From Phoronis australis (lineage: Eukaryota > Animalia > Phoronida): a stretch of 64,000 nucleotides of DNA. The translations under genes were made by a program, and so were the position numbers. Below are positions 22,901-37,900 of the stretch, one piece after another. The stretch's first letter is position 1. Each line of letters starts with the position of its first letter. The notes under the pieces are model-generated. The model ran no database searches and was not told where the DNA came from. It saw nothing but the letters and a program-made list of their open reading frames with translations. The stretch spans positions 1-64,000 of the forward strand of contig NMRA01000409.1 in the NCBI GenBank assembly GCA_002633005.1, in the 5' to 3' direction.

Positions 22901-25900
22901 TATGCCAATTATGATTTCAACCCTATGAACAAGCGCGTCTGTTCTAATCCATTTTTGTACTCTGATATTAATTTAAGAGTGTCGCAACGAAACTGATATT
23001 GTAATGAGCCGGACGTCAAGACTGAGCACGACTTGCTGCAGTATTTTTGAGCAGGGGTTTGTACATTCCGTTTTCTTATTGGCTGCACGGCCAACAGACT
23101 TGATTGCGTGTACATGTACATGTAACTACTTGCGTGAATTGTACGTGCGATTTTGTTCGAATTACGTAACCAGAAATGAGTGGCAAACACACGTCAAGCT
23201 TTTATTGAAAATAAAGTGCTGGACTGCTTACTAATTAGAGTCTTTCAAACCTTTATCTTGCAAAGGTTAATTAAGCGTTTCGCTAAGCTTGATTGATATA
23301 GAATGAAAATGCACGTTCTACTGATTAGTACCCTTGTAGATAACTAACATAATTTTCCGTGACTGACAAGCGTAACCACAATTTTAATTTGCCAACAAAT
23401 TGCGTAATTATTCAAGGGGTTCCGACACAGTTAATGTTTACTTGTTTAAATTTTGATCCTTTGTATTTTGACCTTTTGACCTACTTAAAGTGGAGGATCC
23501 ACCAGTCACAGCAGCCAAAACAGAAACATCTCGGGCACCAATGTGAAAATAACTAAGGTTACTAAAAAATCACGTCTTTTTATATTAAAGATTGAAATCT
23601 TTTTGAGAATTCACTGTAGATCAATTCAGTTGCGCCAATGAGCTATCATTGGTGCATGTTGTCAGTCGACAGGGTTATTGATTTTCCTACGTCCGCGTAA
23701 TGCATTTTCGGGGTGTTAGGATTACCTGAAATTTTAGAGTTCTGTTTTTTAAACAAAAAGGCGCACCGTATTTTATCTTTAATGTTTTAGTTTGATTTCC
23801 CTTAAACGTTCTTTGCAATAAGCAAAAAATTAAGGGTCATCGCCTCCCGAGCTTTTTTTAGCTCAATAAGTGCCATGAATTATTTAAATATCACGATTGT
23901 CTCGCGGTATTTCACGAAATGACCATTCTATCATGTTTTAATATAGTGGAAAAAATTATGCGTGCATCTCAAGGATAGAAAATTCTTCTTAAATAAATTC
24001 AAGAGTGCCGTTTTAGGGTAAATAAAATCACAGTTAGTGGCCATACTTGCATACTCAAGTGTTTAGATAACATGACGTCATCATGAAATTTGATATCGTG
24101 CACTATAAAACAACTCCATGAAACTAACACAACGCCCAAGAAACTTTTTTCGAATCCAACAATCAGTCATTTGAAATCAAAAGAATGGCTGGATTGCAAA
24201 ACACATCGATTACGTAATACGCTGTATAAGTTTGATTCTTGCATGACGTAAAGTGTGTAATTCAGCAACCTTAATTGCAACGTGACGCGTGTGTTAATGC
24301 GACGGCATTGTTGCTATCCAGCGCCTGCATGTAACTTTGATGCAACCGGGCTCAATGTTTCCAGAAAGAGTCGATGTCGTAAAAACAATGAACGCTTAGT
24401 TGCTGCTTTTTTCGCGAACTGTATCAAAACACCGGGAAAGAGAGACCAGGTCGGAGGAAAAACATAGTCTTTCAGAGAAATTAGAAGGCATGCAAATTCG
24501 CCTTAAGCAACGAGGAATCATGTTTAAGAGACTTGTCAAACTGTGCGGCTATTCACATACAGGCCCTCCGTGTTGAAATCGTTGGATAGGATTATTGGAC
24601 CACGCTGGATGGAGTTGTGTCATATAGCAGTTAGTAGACAGATCGTGTATCATGCCTTGTTACGTGAAGTTGAACATTCTGTAGCGGGATTTTGTTCCAT
24701 TACATGTGTCTATGACCGTTGTACGTGAGGATGAATTTTGTTTGATATCGAAATATTGGCTGGAGGAGGCAGTGTGGCCTGGTTGATAAGTGCCCGCTTT
24801 CTTTACTCCAGGTCGTGGGTTCAAGTCCCACCAGGTCACATTGCTAAACCTTTGAGCCAGGTTTCTAGCTCCTCAGCTCGTTTTTAATAAAGCATAAAAA
24901 TATTTCCAGGTGATCAGTGCAATGGGCCCACATGCGAGACCTGCGCACGTCTGGTACAACGTGTATCAGACCGCCTGCAATTATTTTTTTTTAAATATTG
25001 GCTGAAAACTAGTCTTGAGAAATAATCACTGTTCATACCTTCCAAAACAAAAGTTCCATTTTCAGTAGTAACTATGAGCTTGTCACCCCAGGAGTCGCCG
25101 CAAAGAATCTCGCTATCGAGGTCTCCCACAAAGCACCGTGGCACCCACGGTTCTCGTTTTAAAAGACTTGTAGAAACGAGGCTGGTCGGCGCATCTCCTT
25201 TCAGTATGATTTTGAGTTTCAGCGACTGTCCAATGCGCACAAACTCCGATTGTCGGGCTTCCTCTTTCCGCCTTGAGCCGTGCATTTGTTCCGGAATAAT
25301 GTCGCTGAATGCCCGCCTATTCAGCATTCCCTATTGAAATAGTGAAATGTAAGCCTTCATTTTGCAGGAGTTGGCACTCTAACAAGTGTTAAAGCAATAT
25401 GAGTGAATATCACTGATAACTCAGAAACGTCTTAAATGTTTGGGTATTATTAGTGGCATCACGCGATTTCTGAGATTACTGTAATGTAATCACTTGAACA
25501 ACCGTCACTGCAGTTCAGTTTTCTGAACGCTAGTGCAATATGTACACGTAGTATGCGATGGGCGATGACATCCTTTGCATCCCGGAAAACTCTTTGTGCA
25601 ATTGGCGACTTTTCATTTTCGCGCTCCCCAGAGTAATAACAGCACGAATGTGGCTTCCGGTTGATCCCGACTCAGATTTGGTGGACGGAAATTCAATTAC
25701 ATAGAGGTTCATTAATTTAAAAGCTGGGGCATAAAATTCCGCTTTCAGATCTTCCATTGTGTGATTAACTTAAATTCACTAAATTCTTTTATTTTTGACA
25801 CCGGTTAGGATCGAAATTCTCGCGTTTTATCAGCCTCAGCCACTTGCTTTGTCGGAGGATATTTCTTCGCAGTGCGAAATGCGTGGACTATGACGTCCTT

Positions 25901-28900
25901 GTTCACCAATTCATATTTGAAAATGTTAATGCCTTTTTGTAAGGCACAGGCAGAGGAAATTTGTAAACATTGCAAGAAAGATGTTACCACGGTTTTCATA
26001 CTATTGGGTTGAAGCCTCCCATCCGCATTACATGGAGTCTTTGGGTGGCACTGAACGCCTGCCCACCAAAGATCTGATCGCCGTCTGGTGGGTTAAAGAA
26101 ATTCAATATGGCGCGGCTATTTGGAAAGTCAGCTATTGAACAAGTCTACAAACATCATATTATGACGGTTTGTAACATGATGAAAAACTCACCGACTTGC
26201 TGATCTCTGGCACGTAGTCCTGATATAGATTTTGAATGAGCATATCCATGGTCCGCACTCGCTTCTGTGAGAACACTGGCACACTGAACGTAGCTTTCTC
26301 CGCGTTGATCACTGCAAAGGAAACGGCATGGTAAGGTTTACAAAAGGACAGGACCGGAGCGTGATCATGGTGCACTTGGAAGACATTGTTTAAAATCTGG
26401 AATTTCTTTCTTGAAAGTGTACAATGATTTTTGAAATTTATACACAAGTTTTAAATAACCATATGTTTTTAAATAGTAGTTTGTTGCTTAAATGTGGTGA
26501 CTAACAAATTCATTGTAGATTCAATCAGTCATGGCAGAGACTGGGAGGGAGACTAAACTAAATTTCTGACTTGAACCTTTGTCAGTTTGCATGAAACAGA
26601 TCAAAATGTAGGTGATCAACAGCGTGCCGGTGACGTCAGGTGACCGGCCACTTGTTGAGTTCGTTACTTCTGTTTAGCTGCGCACGCACAAGTTTGCGTT
26701 CATCTATACCGGTCAGTGTGACGCCGTGTAGTTCGCCGAATGAAACAAATTTGGTGGTTGCTGAAGTGAGGTATTTAATATTCTCGAGGTTAACTTTAAA
26801 CGCGTGTACGTTATACTGTATGGCACCGTGTATGTGATTTCACTTTTCCGATCACTTAAGACAAGATAAACTACCCCAAAAGACACCGATAACAGTGGAG
26901 TAGGTCCCGTTCGTAGTTAACGAATTTCGTCGACACGCGTATAGCATCATTAAAATTACAATCGATGCTTTGAACGAAAACAGACGACAACCTACAGGAG
27001 TCGTTAATGATTTGGAAATTAGATGTAATGCCTTTGTACTACAGGTCCTCTCTGAATATCCAAATGAATACAATGGCAAACCCAGCTTTTTACGAAAAGG
27101 GAAGCCCCAGAAATTTGTTTTTGAAGACAACTCTATGTCACAAACAATGTGGAGAAAACCGGTAGTGACATTTAGTGACGTGTGATCTCAGCACCCAGCG
27201 ATTTACTGAAATGAAAAATATTGATATTGTTTAAGTTTTCTGCACCTTTTGTTAATGGTTTACATGTATTTCATTAGTTTTATGTTTAAGAAAGTGGACA
27301 AAGCTGTTGGAACTACTGTTATAGCAAATAAAATATCCCAGTTTTGCTTATAACCTTTTATTTTTGCTACGCTCTCCATTAAAGGGGCATCGCAATGGTC
27401 CGACGTCGTTTAAGAAGTCACAAACATACTGTAATAGACAAGCCTCCTAAGACCACAGAACGTAATTCATCAACTCACCGACAACGCAATCTAGAAATAG
27501 AAAATCTATAATAGTAGATTTGCGGCACCTGACATCGTCTACAGAAAACTTCGATTAGTCAACGCGAGTCTGGTGCGGTTGCTGCAGCCATGGCTACAAA
27601 ACACTTTAGCTACCTTGGAGCCTGTGTGAGTCAGCGTGTGAAACCCGTTGATCGACACGGCTCGTTTGGGCAATTTTCCTCGGCTTGCAGCCTAGTCTGT
27701 GTCTGACTTCACCAGCTTCCTCGATATCACCGTACAGCGGTCATGCGCGCACCCAGGGAGGAATGCTCGGGGGCTCCAAGGAGCCCTCCCCCCCCCATTT
27801 GGCGAAGTGGGAAAAAGGTCCGCCATTGAGAGACAACAAAAAGTGGGAGAAAATGGGACAAAAAGTCCACTAAGTAAGCGCCAATCGCGCGCACTTCACA
27901 GTGGTGCTCAGTTTTTTTTTTCTTTATTCTGGCCGCTGTTTTGTTAGCAAAAGGTTCACAACGCCAGGAATTCGAGCCCACCCCCCCGTATTGCAGGCTG
28001 CATGGCGGTGACGATAAAAGCGGAGAGTTGGTGGGTTACACTTATGATTCCATAGCAACTCAAAGCACGGAAATGTGTGGCTCTATGCCAAGCAATATAC
28101 AATTTGCTGAGGTTGATTTTGAATGGAAGGTGATGTTCGCGTGATTTCCTCTGCATGGCATTTAGGTGGTCATTAACCTACACGTGTGTGAAGGATTAAT
28201 AGAAAGGAAATTGCCCTTTCAAAATAACGAGCAGCTTCATTGATACTGTAAGTTCAATGAACTTCGAATCAAAAAACAAAACACACAAGTCATGACAACG
28301 GCTTGAGGGTCGCGACAGTGAGGGTCAATTACATGCAATTACAATAATTAAAATGTCTCGGGTGTCTCCTGTCATGTACACGGACCTTTCAAGACCATTT
28401 TCTACTCCGATACGTTTAAAAAACATTTTAATGACATCTTAAATGAGGATGTGATGAAGTAATTTTGCACCACTCCAATTAGTTGAAGGAAATTTCCTAT
28501 TTGTGTTAAATATTTGAGGCGGCGACTGGCTTAAATTCCGATCAGAAAGGGTCAGGTATGACCTACAAGTAAATGCACTGATACCTTTCTTTGTAAATGT
28601 CCCGGGGCACCCGCATTGGTTTATTCGTTCCTTGACCGACGGCCTTGTATATACAGAGCTGTGGCAGTATTCCGAATAATGCAGGTATGTCTACTTGTTC
28701 AAATTATTCAATTGTGGAAGAAACTTGACTTATATGGTTCAAAATGGTATAGACGTTCACGGGAATCATTTTGCATTAACTATCATTAAAGCGCACTAAA
28801 ACACCATTAATAAAAACACCGAAATCCTCCCACAACTGCACTGTTCATACATGAGTGTTTCTTAGTATCATGAATGGGAATTTTTCTTAGTAGCATGAAT

Positions 28901-31900
28901 GGCCACTAGAAGACGCAGAACCAGTCCAACCCGTCTGAAAATGGGAATGCCTCCTATTTCAAAAAATCCATCAAAAATTGTAAAGATAAAGAGGCCAAAT
29001 TAAGAGACAGCTCCATAATCGGATCCATTTAGCTGTTTTCAGTCTCGTAGAAATGCACTTACAACTGCCATTAAGATCCTGCAGTCGACTTAGGAGATGG
29101 AGCTGCAGATGCAAAAATGCCGCTAGGGAGCACTGCAGTAGACGGGGCTTCACACAAACTTCAGTCGTGCTATTGTCAGTAGTAACACAACTACTAATTT
29201 GCAAAATGATTTTCTGAGCGCCTTGGTGGATACAGGAGCGCACGACGAAAAACTTACTCGAACATAAATGGACAATAAGAGGCGAGGAACACGTCGATTC
29301 CGTCCTAGTACGGAAATCTATTTGCCAAACCTCATCAAAAACGGTGAAAGAACACTAAAGACAGAGGCCAACGTAAAATTGAAATTGCCACCAGGGTGCA
29401 CGACGGCAACCAAACCCATCCATCCAAACCTCGTGATCAGTCGTCGTTACATTTGCCAAATTCCACATGCTACTCCAACGGGTTAAATGAGTTAAAGCCA
29501 AGTACGTGAATCGTAGGAAAATTATCATATTCTCTAAACGTTGTTTTGGACGCTTGGTGGACATAGGGTTGGATCGCAACAAAAAGATTCGAAAATAATA
29601 AAAATGCCCACCAGATTACGCACAATACACCGATTGGGTTCAATAATGTTGAGTCCTCAATAGAAACAAAATCTAGGTAATACAAGGTACATTGACTTCG
29701 TAAGCCAAACATGGCGCATCACTTTACTGAGGTGCGGTCGTACTATCTCCTGAAATGTTTAGGTCCGGCATTTTCTGAGGAAAGAACACTAAATTATCTA
29801 GTAATATCGGGGTGTGAAAAGTGACGTCAAAAGACCATTTCTGCTTTTAGCTTTTTTCTCGTAAATTGTCCAGTAGCCGAACTATTTTTGCGCAGTCGTG
29901 ATATGCAGTCGATTTTCACATGTTGCTCGTTTGCGCTGTTCTGTGTGACGTAATAAGGCGCATATACGTGCCGACGCTACATCGGACGATTCGTGCTTAT
30001 TTATATTGTTTCCAAAGTAATTTTTCCCGGCAGTCTTCACGCTTATTCAAATCACAATGAACACAAAATCACTTAATGTAACTACAATGTTCCACAGTTG
30101 CGTGCTTACATTTTACTAGAAGAAAATCCCTAAATTCCGTCTTGTCCTTGAACACTGGTGGACTTGGTAGCGGAGGCCCAAACAGTGGCACCGAAGCATC
30201 TGAGTAGACATGCAGCCGATAGGAGTCGTCCAACTTCACGTGCGTCACAACAGCGAAGATATCTGATTGGTGATGAGTCAAAGACAAACGACGTCGGAAA
30301 TTCAGCGTGTTGTCATTTAGGGTGAAGTGAGCTTTCTTCAGATAAAAACTGTAGAATATTTTGTAAATGACAACCATCTCAAATCAAAAACACGCCACAA
30401 AAAAAAGCATTTTTAACGAAAAACAACCCAGCCACCGATCCTGAAGGAACCTTGATTAGAAAACACGCCTCAATCTATGGGAATTAAAGACCTGAATCAA
30501 CAACGTTTGCCATCTAACACAACTACTATTTTTGTGCATTAAGTTTGCAATGGTAAATTACCCCCTCGCCTACTTTCTGCTAAAGCTTAAACAACACAAG
30601 CATTACCAGCTTAAATTTAACACTTTTAATCATGCCTTTATCCGGCAATTTCACGAAGTTGATGTCATTGCAGCCAGAATTAAAACAATAATTACGTAAA
30701 ACAGGGAAAGTTACCTTTTAAGACTATTTTAGTTAATTTGTCATATACTGTGAGCCTCTCTGTTTGGGGGCCTGTTGTTATACTCTAACAGTCAAGTTAT
30801 ATTTAACTGGTTTCACTGATCTGTAAAATGGCAACTTGTCACTTACCGAGTCTGTTACTGAAAATCGTAGGGCGTCCCGATGTTTTGGCTTAATCTCACC
30901 TCAGGGCTATTGACAAAAACGTTCAAGATAATTTTTGGTGTGCAAAAAAGTACATACTTGCATTCTCTCGATATAGGACGAATTTGTTTCATGAACAGTG
31001 ACTTAGGACTTGAGTCCGGAAGTTGGTATTAGGTTACTCACAGGTTCTTCTAAAAATATATAAAAATTTCACTCTAGCAAAAGTAAACTATACAATCTCA
31101 TGGAATACACCGATAAGTGTAAGTCGTTGAGATAATTCGTGCAAAGTATGTTGGTTGGTGACGTGCCAACAATTGCTTGACTAAACTGTTACTCAGCGAA
31201 AGTAAAGTTCTCCGAAATTGTACATGTAGCTATGAAGAGGGAGTGTAAAACCAACGTCTGATGTATTAAGTCTTGAGCCATTTTTAATGAAACGGGCCCC
31301 AAATCTGTATATCAGCATACATGCACCAGCAGTAACCGATCGCTATTCCATACAACATGCTGTTGGCCATGCGGTTTCTTTTTCATGTGCAAATGAAGAC
31401 CTACATGTTTGAGAAAACACGGAGTGTTGCATGTGGCTCTAGTAGAAAGCGACTGTTCCACCTCGCCGTTAAATTTAGATGCACGTGGTCTTAAAACATA
31501 ATAATAAAAGGATACGTGTAAAATGAGTCTTCATGTTTGAAGGCTTGAATACTGGTCTGATTTTGTTGTCGCAAAGGTCGTGATCACAGTCCATAAAAAC
31601 TATATTGACGATGTCATTTCCTATATGTCGTTTCCTTTCCACCTAAAATTGCAACAAAATTATCTCGTAATAAGACTTCATTACAAAAATTGGCTGCACT
31701 TGATTGACTACGAAGGTTACAAGCACTTACAACCAGTTACAACGGTTAAGACATCTGATTGGCCCAGAATGATGTCTTCCGGCTCAAAAATAAATCCGAT
31801 GCCTTGTTGCTGGAACCCGGCAGAATCTGCGAAATCAACCATTACCAGCGTGTATTCCATCAGCCCTTTCACTTACGTTCATGGTAAGAAGATACGTGTA

Positions 31901-34900
31901 AATGAAACTGAGCGCAGGAAACACGTGCCACAAAATCTTGAAATAATACAAAAATTCATTGAAAAAGTTGATCAAAATTTAGTTCACAAATGTGTACTTG
32001 TGAATATCTGGACTGCACCCATGTAGTTCGTTTTTCCTCGAAGACGCTTCTGTAAGTACATGTATAATCAATTATAATAGCTGGGAAATCAACTCCAATT
32101 AAAGTTGGAATATCGTCTCAGATCGGACCACCTCGGGTGTTTTTGCAGACTTGAATTTCTCATCAGAGATAAACACGTGATTTGCGCTAGTGCGGACTTC
32201 AGTCATACTGTCAGTCTCTCAAGTCTGATAAGTCAAATAACTTTCCATGTGACTGAACATCGCTCATGCACAAATTGCGTACAACGAAGGACAACTTAAG
32301 GCTATGAAAAAACCTGAGGTGTTCTGGTGGTATGGTCTTGGTATGGTGCGGTGGTCAATCAGATTCTCCTTTCTAGCATGAACACTTTGCTGCACCTAAC
32401 ACGAGTTTCAACAGCACTTCAGCACAATGTCCATTGTTCAGTGATCATGTCACTGAAAAAGGGTGGTGCTGAAAATTCCGAGATAAGATTTTTTTCCAAT
32501 GCTGTGTGGTCCGAGGCAGAGTATTGCATCTGATCTCTGCCTACTCGCCAACACCTACCACTCTTACGGAGAACCAAGAGGTCAACTTCCGTCCACGGTT
32601 AGCTAAGTGGTCAGCTGATATGGACTCATACACTGACTTGGTTCGTCATTGCAGATATATTTGGACGCTGACGGACACATACGTTTATCGATTCCGTTTT
32701 TGGTGTACTAATTGGCAGTCTACGAATCGCTTTTTTCACTAATCAGTGATTGAGACGCCAGCTCTAAAATAAGAAAGGGTCGATGTGGGATGCATTCACG
32801 AAAGTCCTCAAGAGATATCACAGTACTTTCACTCGTCAGAATTAAAGTCAGTGTACGTGCCCCTAATGACCGATATTACATGTGACACCGGGTACCTGTT
32901 GCCTGTTGTCTTCGGAATATGGCAGATTCGTTGATATGTGAAACATAATTTCATGACCTTCGTACACCGTGTAGATCGACTCGTCACCCGTGGTATCATC
33001 TGTAACAGACGACAAAACATGTCCGCTACGGTAATCATATCATGACAGCTTTTAAACCCTGTTGTTGAACATTTCATTGGGAGGTATCAACGCCACTTTG
33101 ATTGCAAATTTTACCACATCCAAAACAATCCAATCTTGGTTGGCGAATGGAGAAATGCGCAATCTACCCCTGAGCCTAGTCTAAGCAGGAGCTCTGTTGT
33201 TGTACTATGATTAGCGAGTGAAAATGATGAGATTCTACGTTTCATGCTGAGATCTGATCATTAAAGCTGTAGTAATAATATTGATTAAAATGTCCATGAA
33301 CACGTAATTAAAAAACATCATAGGCAAAGGCAAGTCATTTGTACGCTGTAGGTACGCGCAAGAATTTTTCTGTTCCTTTGCACGTGTGTAGTTCAAAATG
33401 GCACAATCAGGTTGTGAGTGCGCACATTCCAACTAAGCATAGAGATCATTTTTCAATAAGGAGACGAGTCACCTACCGTGAGTATCCAAGCCGCCCTTGA
33501 AGCGGTCCCACGACTGAAGTTTTATCCGCTCGCCTAACAAATCCAGAAATTCTTCGAACTCTTCCGAAGATTTTTCTGTAAAACAAGATGTTTTGAATGC
33601 TCTTATTATACAAACGATATTCCACGTGTTTTATGGTCTCACTACAAACACACCTACATGTACATGTGATTTTAGACGTAAATTAGAAAAATAAAGAAAA
33701 CTAACTTCAGCAAAAGTATGTACCCAAAACTGCTACTTACTGAGTGAATGGTTAAACCTAAACGTGGTGATCGTGAAGTATGCGTAAGAACTGCAAGTTA
33801 GATCCTAAGTCTCGAGTCACTTCTTAGGACTAGACCCCTGCACTTGGACGGATATTGTTAAAGTAATGAGTGACAACTCGGAAACAGGTTAGTTTCACTC
33901 ACCGTTTCCGTACATTTCCTCGTCCGACTCTTGGCCTTCTAGAGCGTATATGACTCCAAATTTGAAGTTAACCGATCCTTCTTGTTCTTCTAATACCAGT
34001 AGCTCTTTCTGTATTTCTGGGCTAAATATCTCCTTAGGTCCTTTGTCGATTTTCTCCAAAGAAAACGCGTTTAGAATTCCTTTGACCGATATCGGCTTAT
34101 TTAGGTTATAGGCTAAACATATTTTCTGGACACCCTGTAAGTTGAAGAAATCATGTAATGTCTAATAATTGCAACCCAAAGTATAGATAGGTTACGAAAC
34201 TCTGTCCTTGCCCAGTTGTGTAAAGCTACAGTTAAAACTTATAACGAGCATCTTTGCAATACCCTTTTAAGCCTTTGACGTGAGGTAACAAGGGAAACAA
34301 TTATATGCGATTAAAATGTTAAGGTTATTTACATGTAGTACCTTGAAGACAAGACTGCAAATTTAGCCAACAATCCACAAAATTATTTTTACTAAGTATA
34401 GGAAAACATTTCTCAAAAGCAAAAACTGTCAAATTTGGTTATTGACTTTGTACCAATCTGTCTAAGTACAAACGAACTTAAAGTGAACATGTTATTTTAC
34501 TAAAATTTACCGAAACAGAAAAATACAATTGTAAGAAATCAACGATATCAGTAAAATTACAAAACTTCGTTGATGAAAAAATGAAAAGTTCAAGGTGAAG
34601 CTTATAAACCGGCTACATTATGTGAATTGATCATTTCCTTTTCGTTTTATACAATTTTGGCGTTTTTTCATAAAAATGATAAGCCATGTTTTTGATAACC
34701 CCTCATGCAAAAGTGGAGTGTTTTAAAAACAATTTCTAACATTTTTATAGAACAGTGCAAAAAGCACGTATGTGAAAATTTCATATGAGTACAATCAATC
34801 ATTTAAAATTTGATAAATGATGTTCTCTAGTTAGCCAATTTTGGACTTTTTAGGGTCCTAAGTAACCTCTATTGAACTTTGGCCCTGAATGCTTTTCTAT

Positions 34901-37900
34901 TTTCTATTTTCAGGTTTGTGTGCATCCGGTGGACCAGAGAATTAAAGCTTAGACGGCCAGTTTTCAAAGCCCAAAGCAATCCACGTAGGGTTCCTTGCAT
35001 AGTCATCAGTGGGCATCCAAATGGAGACGCGATATTCCGCCAAGTTTGTATGCTTCTACATAATCTTAAACGCTCAATGAAAGACCTTCGTACTCGTCTC
35101 TGCTTATTAGTGGCTAACAGGTGGAAAAAACCGTTACAAATTGCGAAACTCTTAATGGACGTCACCGGGCTAACCTATTTTAGAATACGTTATGATACGT
35201 GTAGGGCTGATTTTCAAATACTGGTATATTGCGTGTGATTAACCTAGGTTAATAAAATACATACACGTGTACAAGCTAACAATAAAGTAAAACGGAAATT
35301 ATTGAAGGGTGTTATAACTGTAGATTTTATAGGAATGGTTAGGTGCTAAAATATAAAAAGACGCAAATGCGTCACAAAGAATACTAATTGACAGCAGTGT
35401 AATTTTTAAACCAATCAAGACATTATTAGTATTCTCTCATAAATTTACGTTACTTTGTGAGCGAGTCTTTAAATCAATAACACCTGTGGCAGCCGCCTAA
35501 TTGTTTGTCGCAGCTGTTCGTTTCACAGATGCGCGCGCACTTACCTTTTTCCGCCAAAGTATTGCGCGATACTGCTGTATATTGTGATTGTTAGCGTCGG
35601 TTAGCACCACCGAGAGAATGAATGCCTCTTTGCTGGCATCCAATCCTATATAATTTTGATGCACTGCAATCAGAATAAATTGTTATTTTATTATCAAAAT
35701 GAAGTGCAACCAAAAATAAACTATTCTTTTACAACAACAAGTCAAAATTTTAGATGTTCAGTTAATATTTGACGATGCCGTTACATAAAGGTAATACTCG
35801 TGGGTTGGGCGGTGTCATGTGATACTACGTGTATGATCGGGGATACGTTAAGTAGACGGCTTCGATGGCAATACATACACAAAAGGTACAGAGAGTGGCG
35901 TTGATGAAGTAATATCCCACGAGATATTATTCCGCGTAACGACCGAGACCGAAGTATTTATCCCATACGCATCAAATTCCTAAGTTTCTTTCATTTTTTC
36001 GCCAGATTTTTCAAATATTTCTCTCAGACTGTTCACGATACGCCGATTAATGTCATCGTATTTTCATAAAATTTGGAATATAGGCATCTATTGGTGAGAT
36101 GACGCTATCTTCCCGTTTTCGGGTGGATTTGAGGTTTTTGGCGCCACCTCACTTTTACTGTTTTCGAGTAGGTTTTTTGACTTCCACCCCTCTAGCAACC
36201 AAACCGCTCTAAGGATGATTGTGAAAATTAGCATATCGTATGTTCTTACTATAAAGAGGATGACTGATGATGATTTTCCGAGGACTTCCAGTATTGAGGC
36301 GCCTCCTAGTGGCAGTTTTGTTTTTTTTTTGCTCCCAAGGCTGTATCTCCTAAACAGTTTGGTGGAATTTTACTAAATTTAGCAAGTGTATTTATGTTAT
36401 TTTGACAACGAACGACTTTCTCAAGGATCTGACCACCAGTGTCCTCCTAGTGGCAGTTTTAGTTTTTTTATGTTTACCTTTGTATATTCAAAGGTCCTTA
36501 TAGTCAGGTTTGTTGTGTAATTTTGTTGGAATCTTTTGGGGAATGTGGAAACTATATATTTTTGGAAACCTCATGCAAGGACAAGTCAGAAAATAATTGA
36601 TTCCATTTATGGCGGCCATCTTGGAATTTCAAAAATGGCGCCGGTAAAATGGATTTTGCCCAATATCTCCGATTTTGGGTCACTTGGAATGTGGGTTTTT
36701 ATGGCTACACTGCATTTCTAAGGTCAAGGAACTGGATTTTTTATTTTATTGGCGGCGATTTTCGGTTTTTAAAAGTTGAGCCATTTTTGGTCATGGGAGA
36801 GGAAACGGCTCATTGGGATGTTCGGTATGTAAGTTTCATCTCTTATCTGGTACTGTACTTGACCTTTTCTCTGCCTCCTTTTTTCTCTTGTTGCTTGTTT
36901 CAAAGAATTGTCTTTGTTGGTGTCAAAAACCAGAATGATATCGTCATAATATCTAATTAACAACATCACTTCCATGCTATCCACACGTGCAGTTTTGTGA
37001 CTTGTATGAACACACTCAGTGGATGTTTTCCAGATCTAAAACCTCTCTTGCCGCTTGAGGACTGTCCTGTTTTAAGACGTCTGCTTCGGAAAGTTTCTAC
37101 AGAAGGTCTATTCGAGTCAACTTGTCTGTGCACGGCAGCATTGCCCAGCTAAGATTGCTCTTGGTATTAGGGTGAATTCAGTGTGGCTGATAGCCTGTTT
37201 CTAATCGATGTGTCCAGCAGGCCACAGCTCCTTTTGTTCTCGTCATTGATCCTCAGCCTGATCAGCCTGGTTACTGCCAAAATTATCTGCCATCTGACTG
37301 TCAAAGGTAAAATGCATTTCCATTGAGCAGAAGAGAGCTGGATTCCAAAGAGAACAGTGGAAATAATATCGAAGTCTTCAAAAGATATGTCTTAAATGTC
37401 TTTTCAAAAAGATATTAGATATACACTGTAAATAAAGTGTAGAACAATAAATCAATTACTGGACTTACGGTTTATTGAGTAAGTCCAGTAATTGATTCAT
37501 TTTTCTAAATATTATTACGAATGTCATAATTTGGACATAGTGAACCTGACTATTAACGGATTTTTATAAAATTTGGAGTATATGCATGTATTGTTGCAGT
37601 TCGCTATCCTCCCATTTTGGGATGGATTGAGGGTAATTTGTGCCACCTTGTTGTCATTTATACGTTTTTTGGCGTCCACTCCTCTATCAACCAAACCATT
37701 TTAAGGATGATTTTGAAAATTGTCGTGTACTCAGTGTGAAGAGAACGGTTACGCTGACAACTTCGGTTACTGCGGCTCCTCCTAGCGGTGGTTTTGTTTT
37801 GTATTGCGGCCATAGCTCTATCTCCTAAACCCGCTGAAAGATCTTTATTAAATTTAGTAAGTGTATTTATATGAAGCTAAAAATAGACGATGACTTTGAG

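Noticed and set aside
24762-24840. Possible tRNA gene
   Set aside because: A and B boxes are present but there is no proper acceptor or anticodon stem, and a SINE-like body follows; called a SINE.
26820-27185. Possible decayed coding region
   Set aside because: Contains stops and no motif I can assign.
34869-35238. Overlapping 98-aa and 119-aa ORFs in a GARNL3 intron
   Set aside because: No homology recognised; probably a TE interior or chance.
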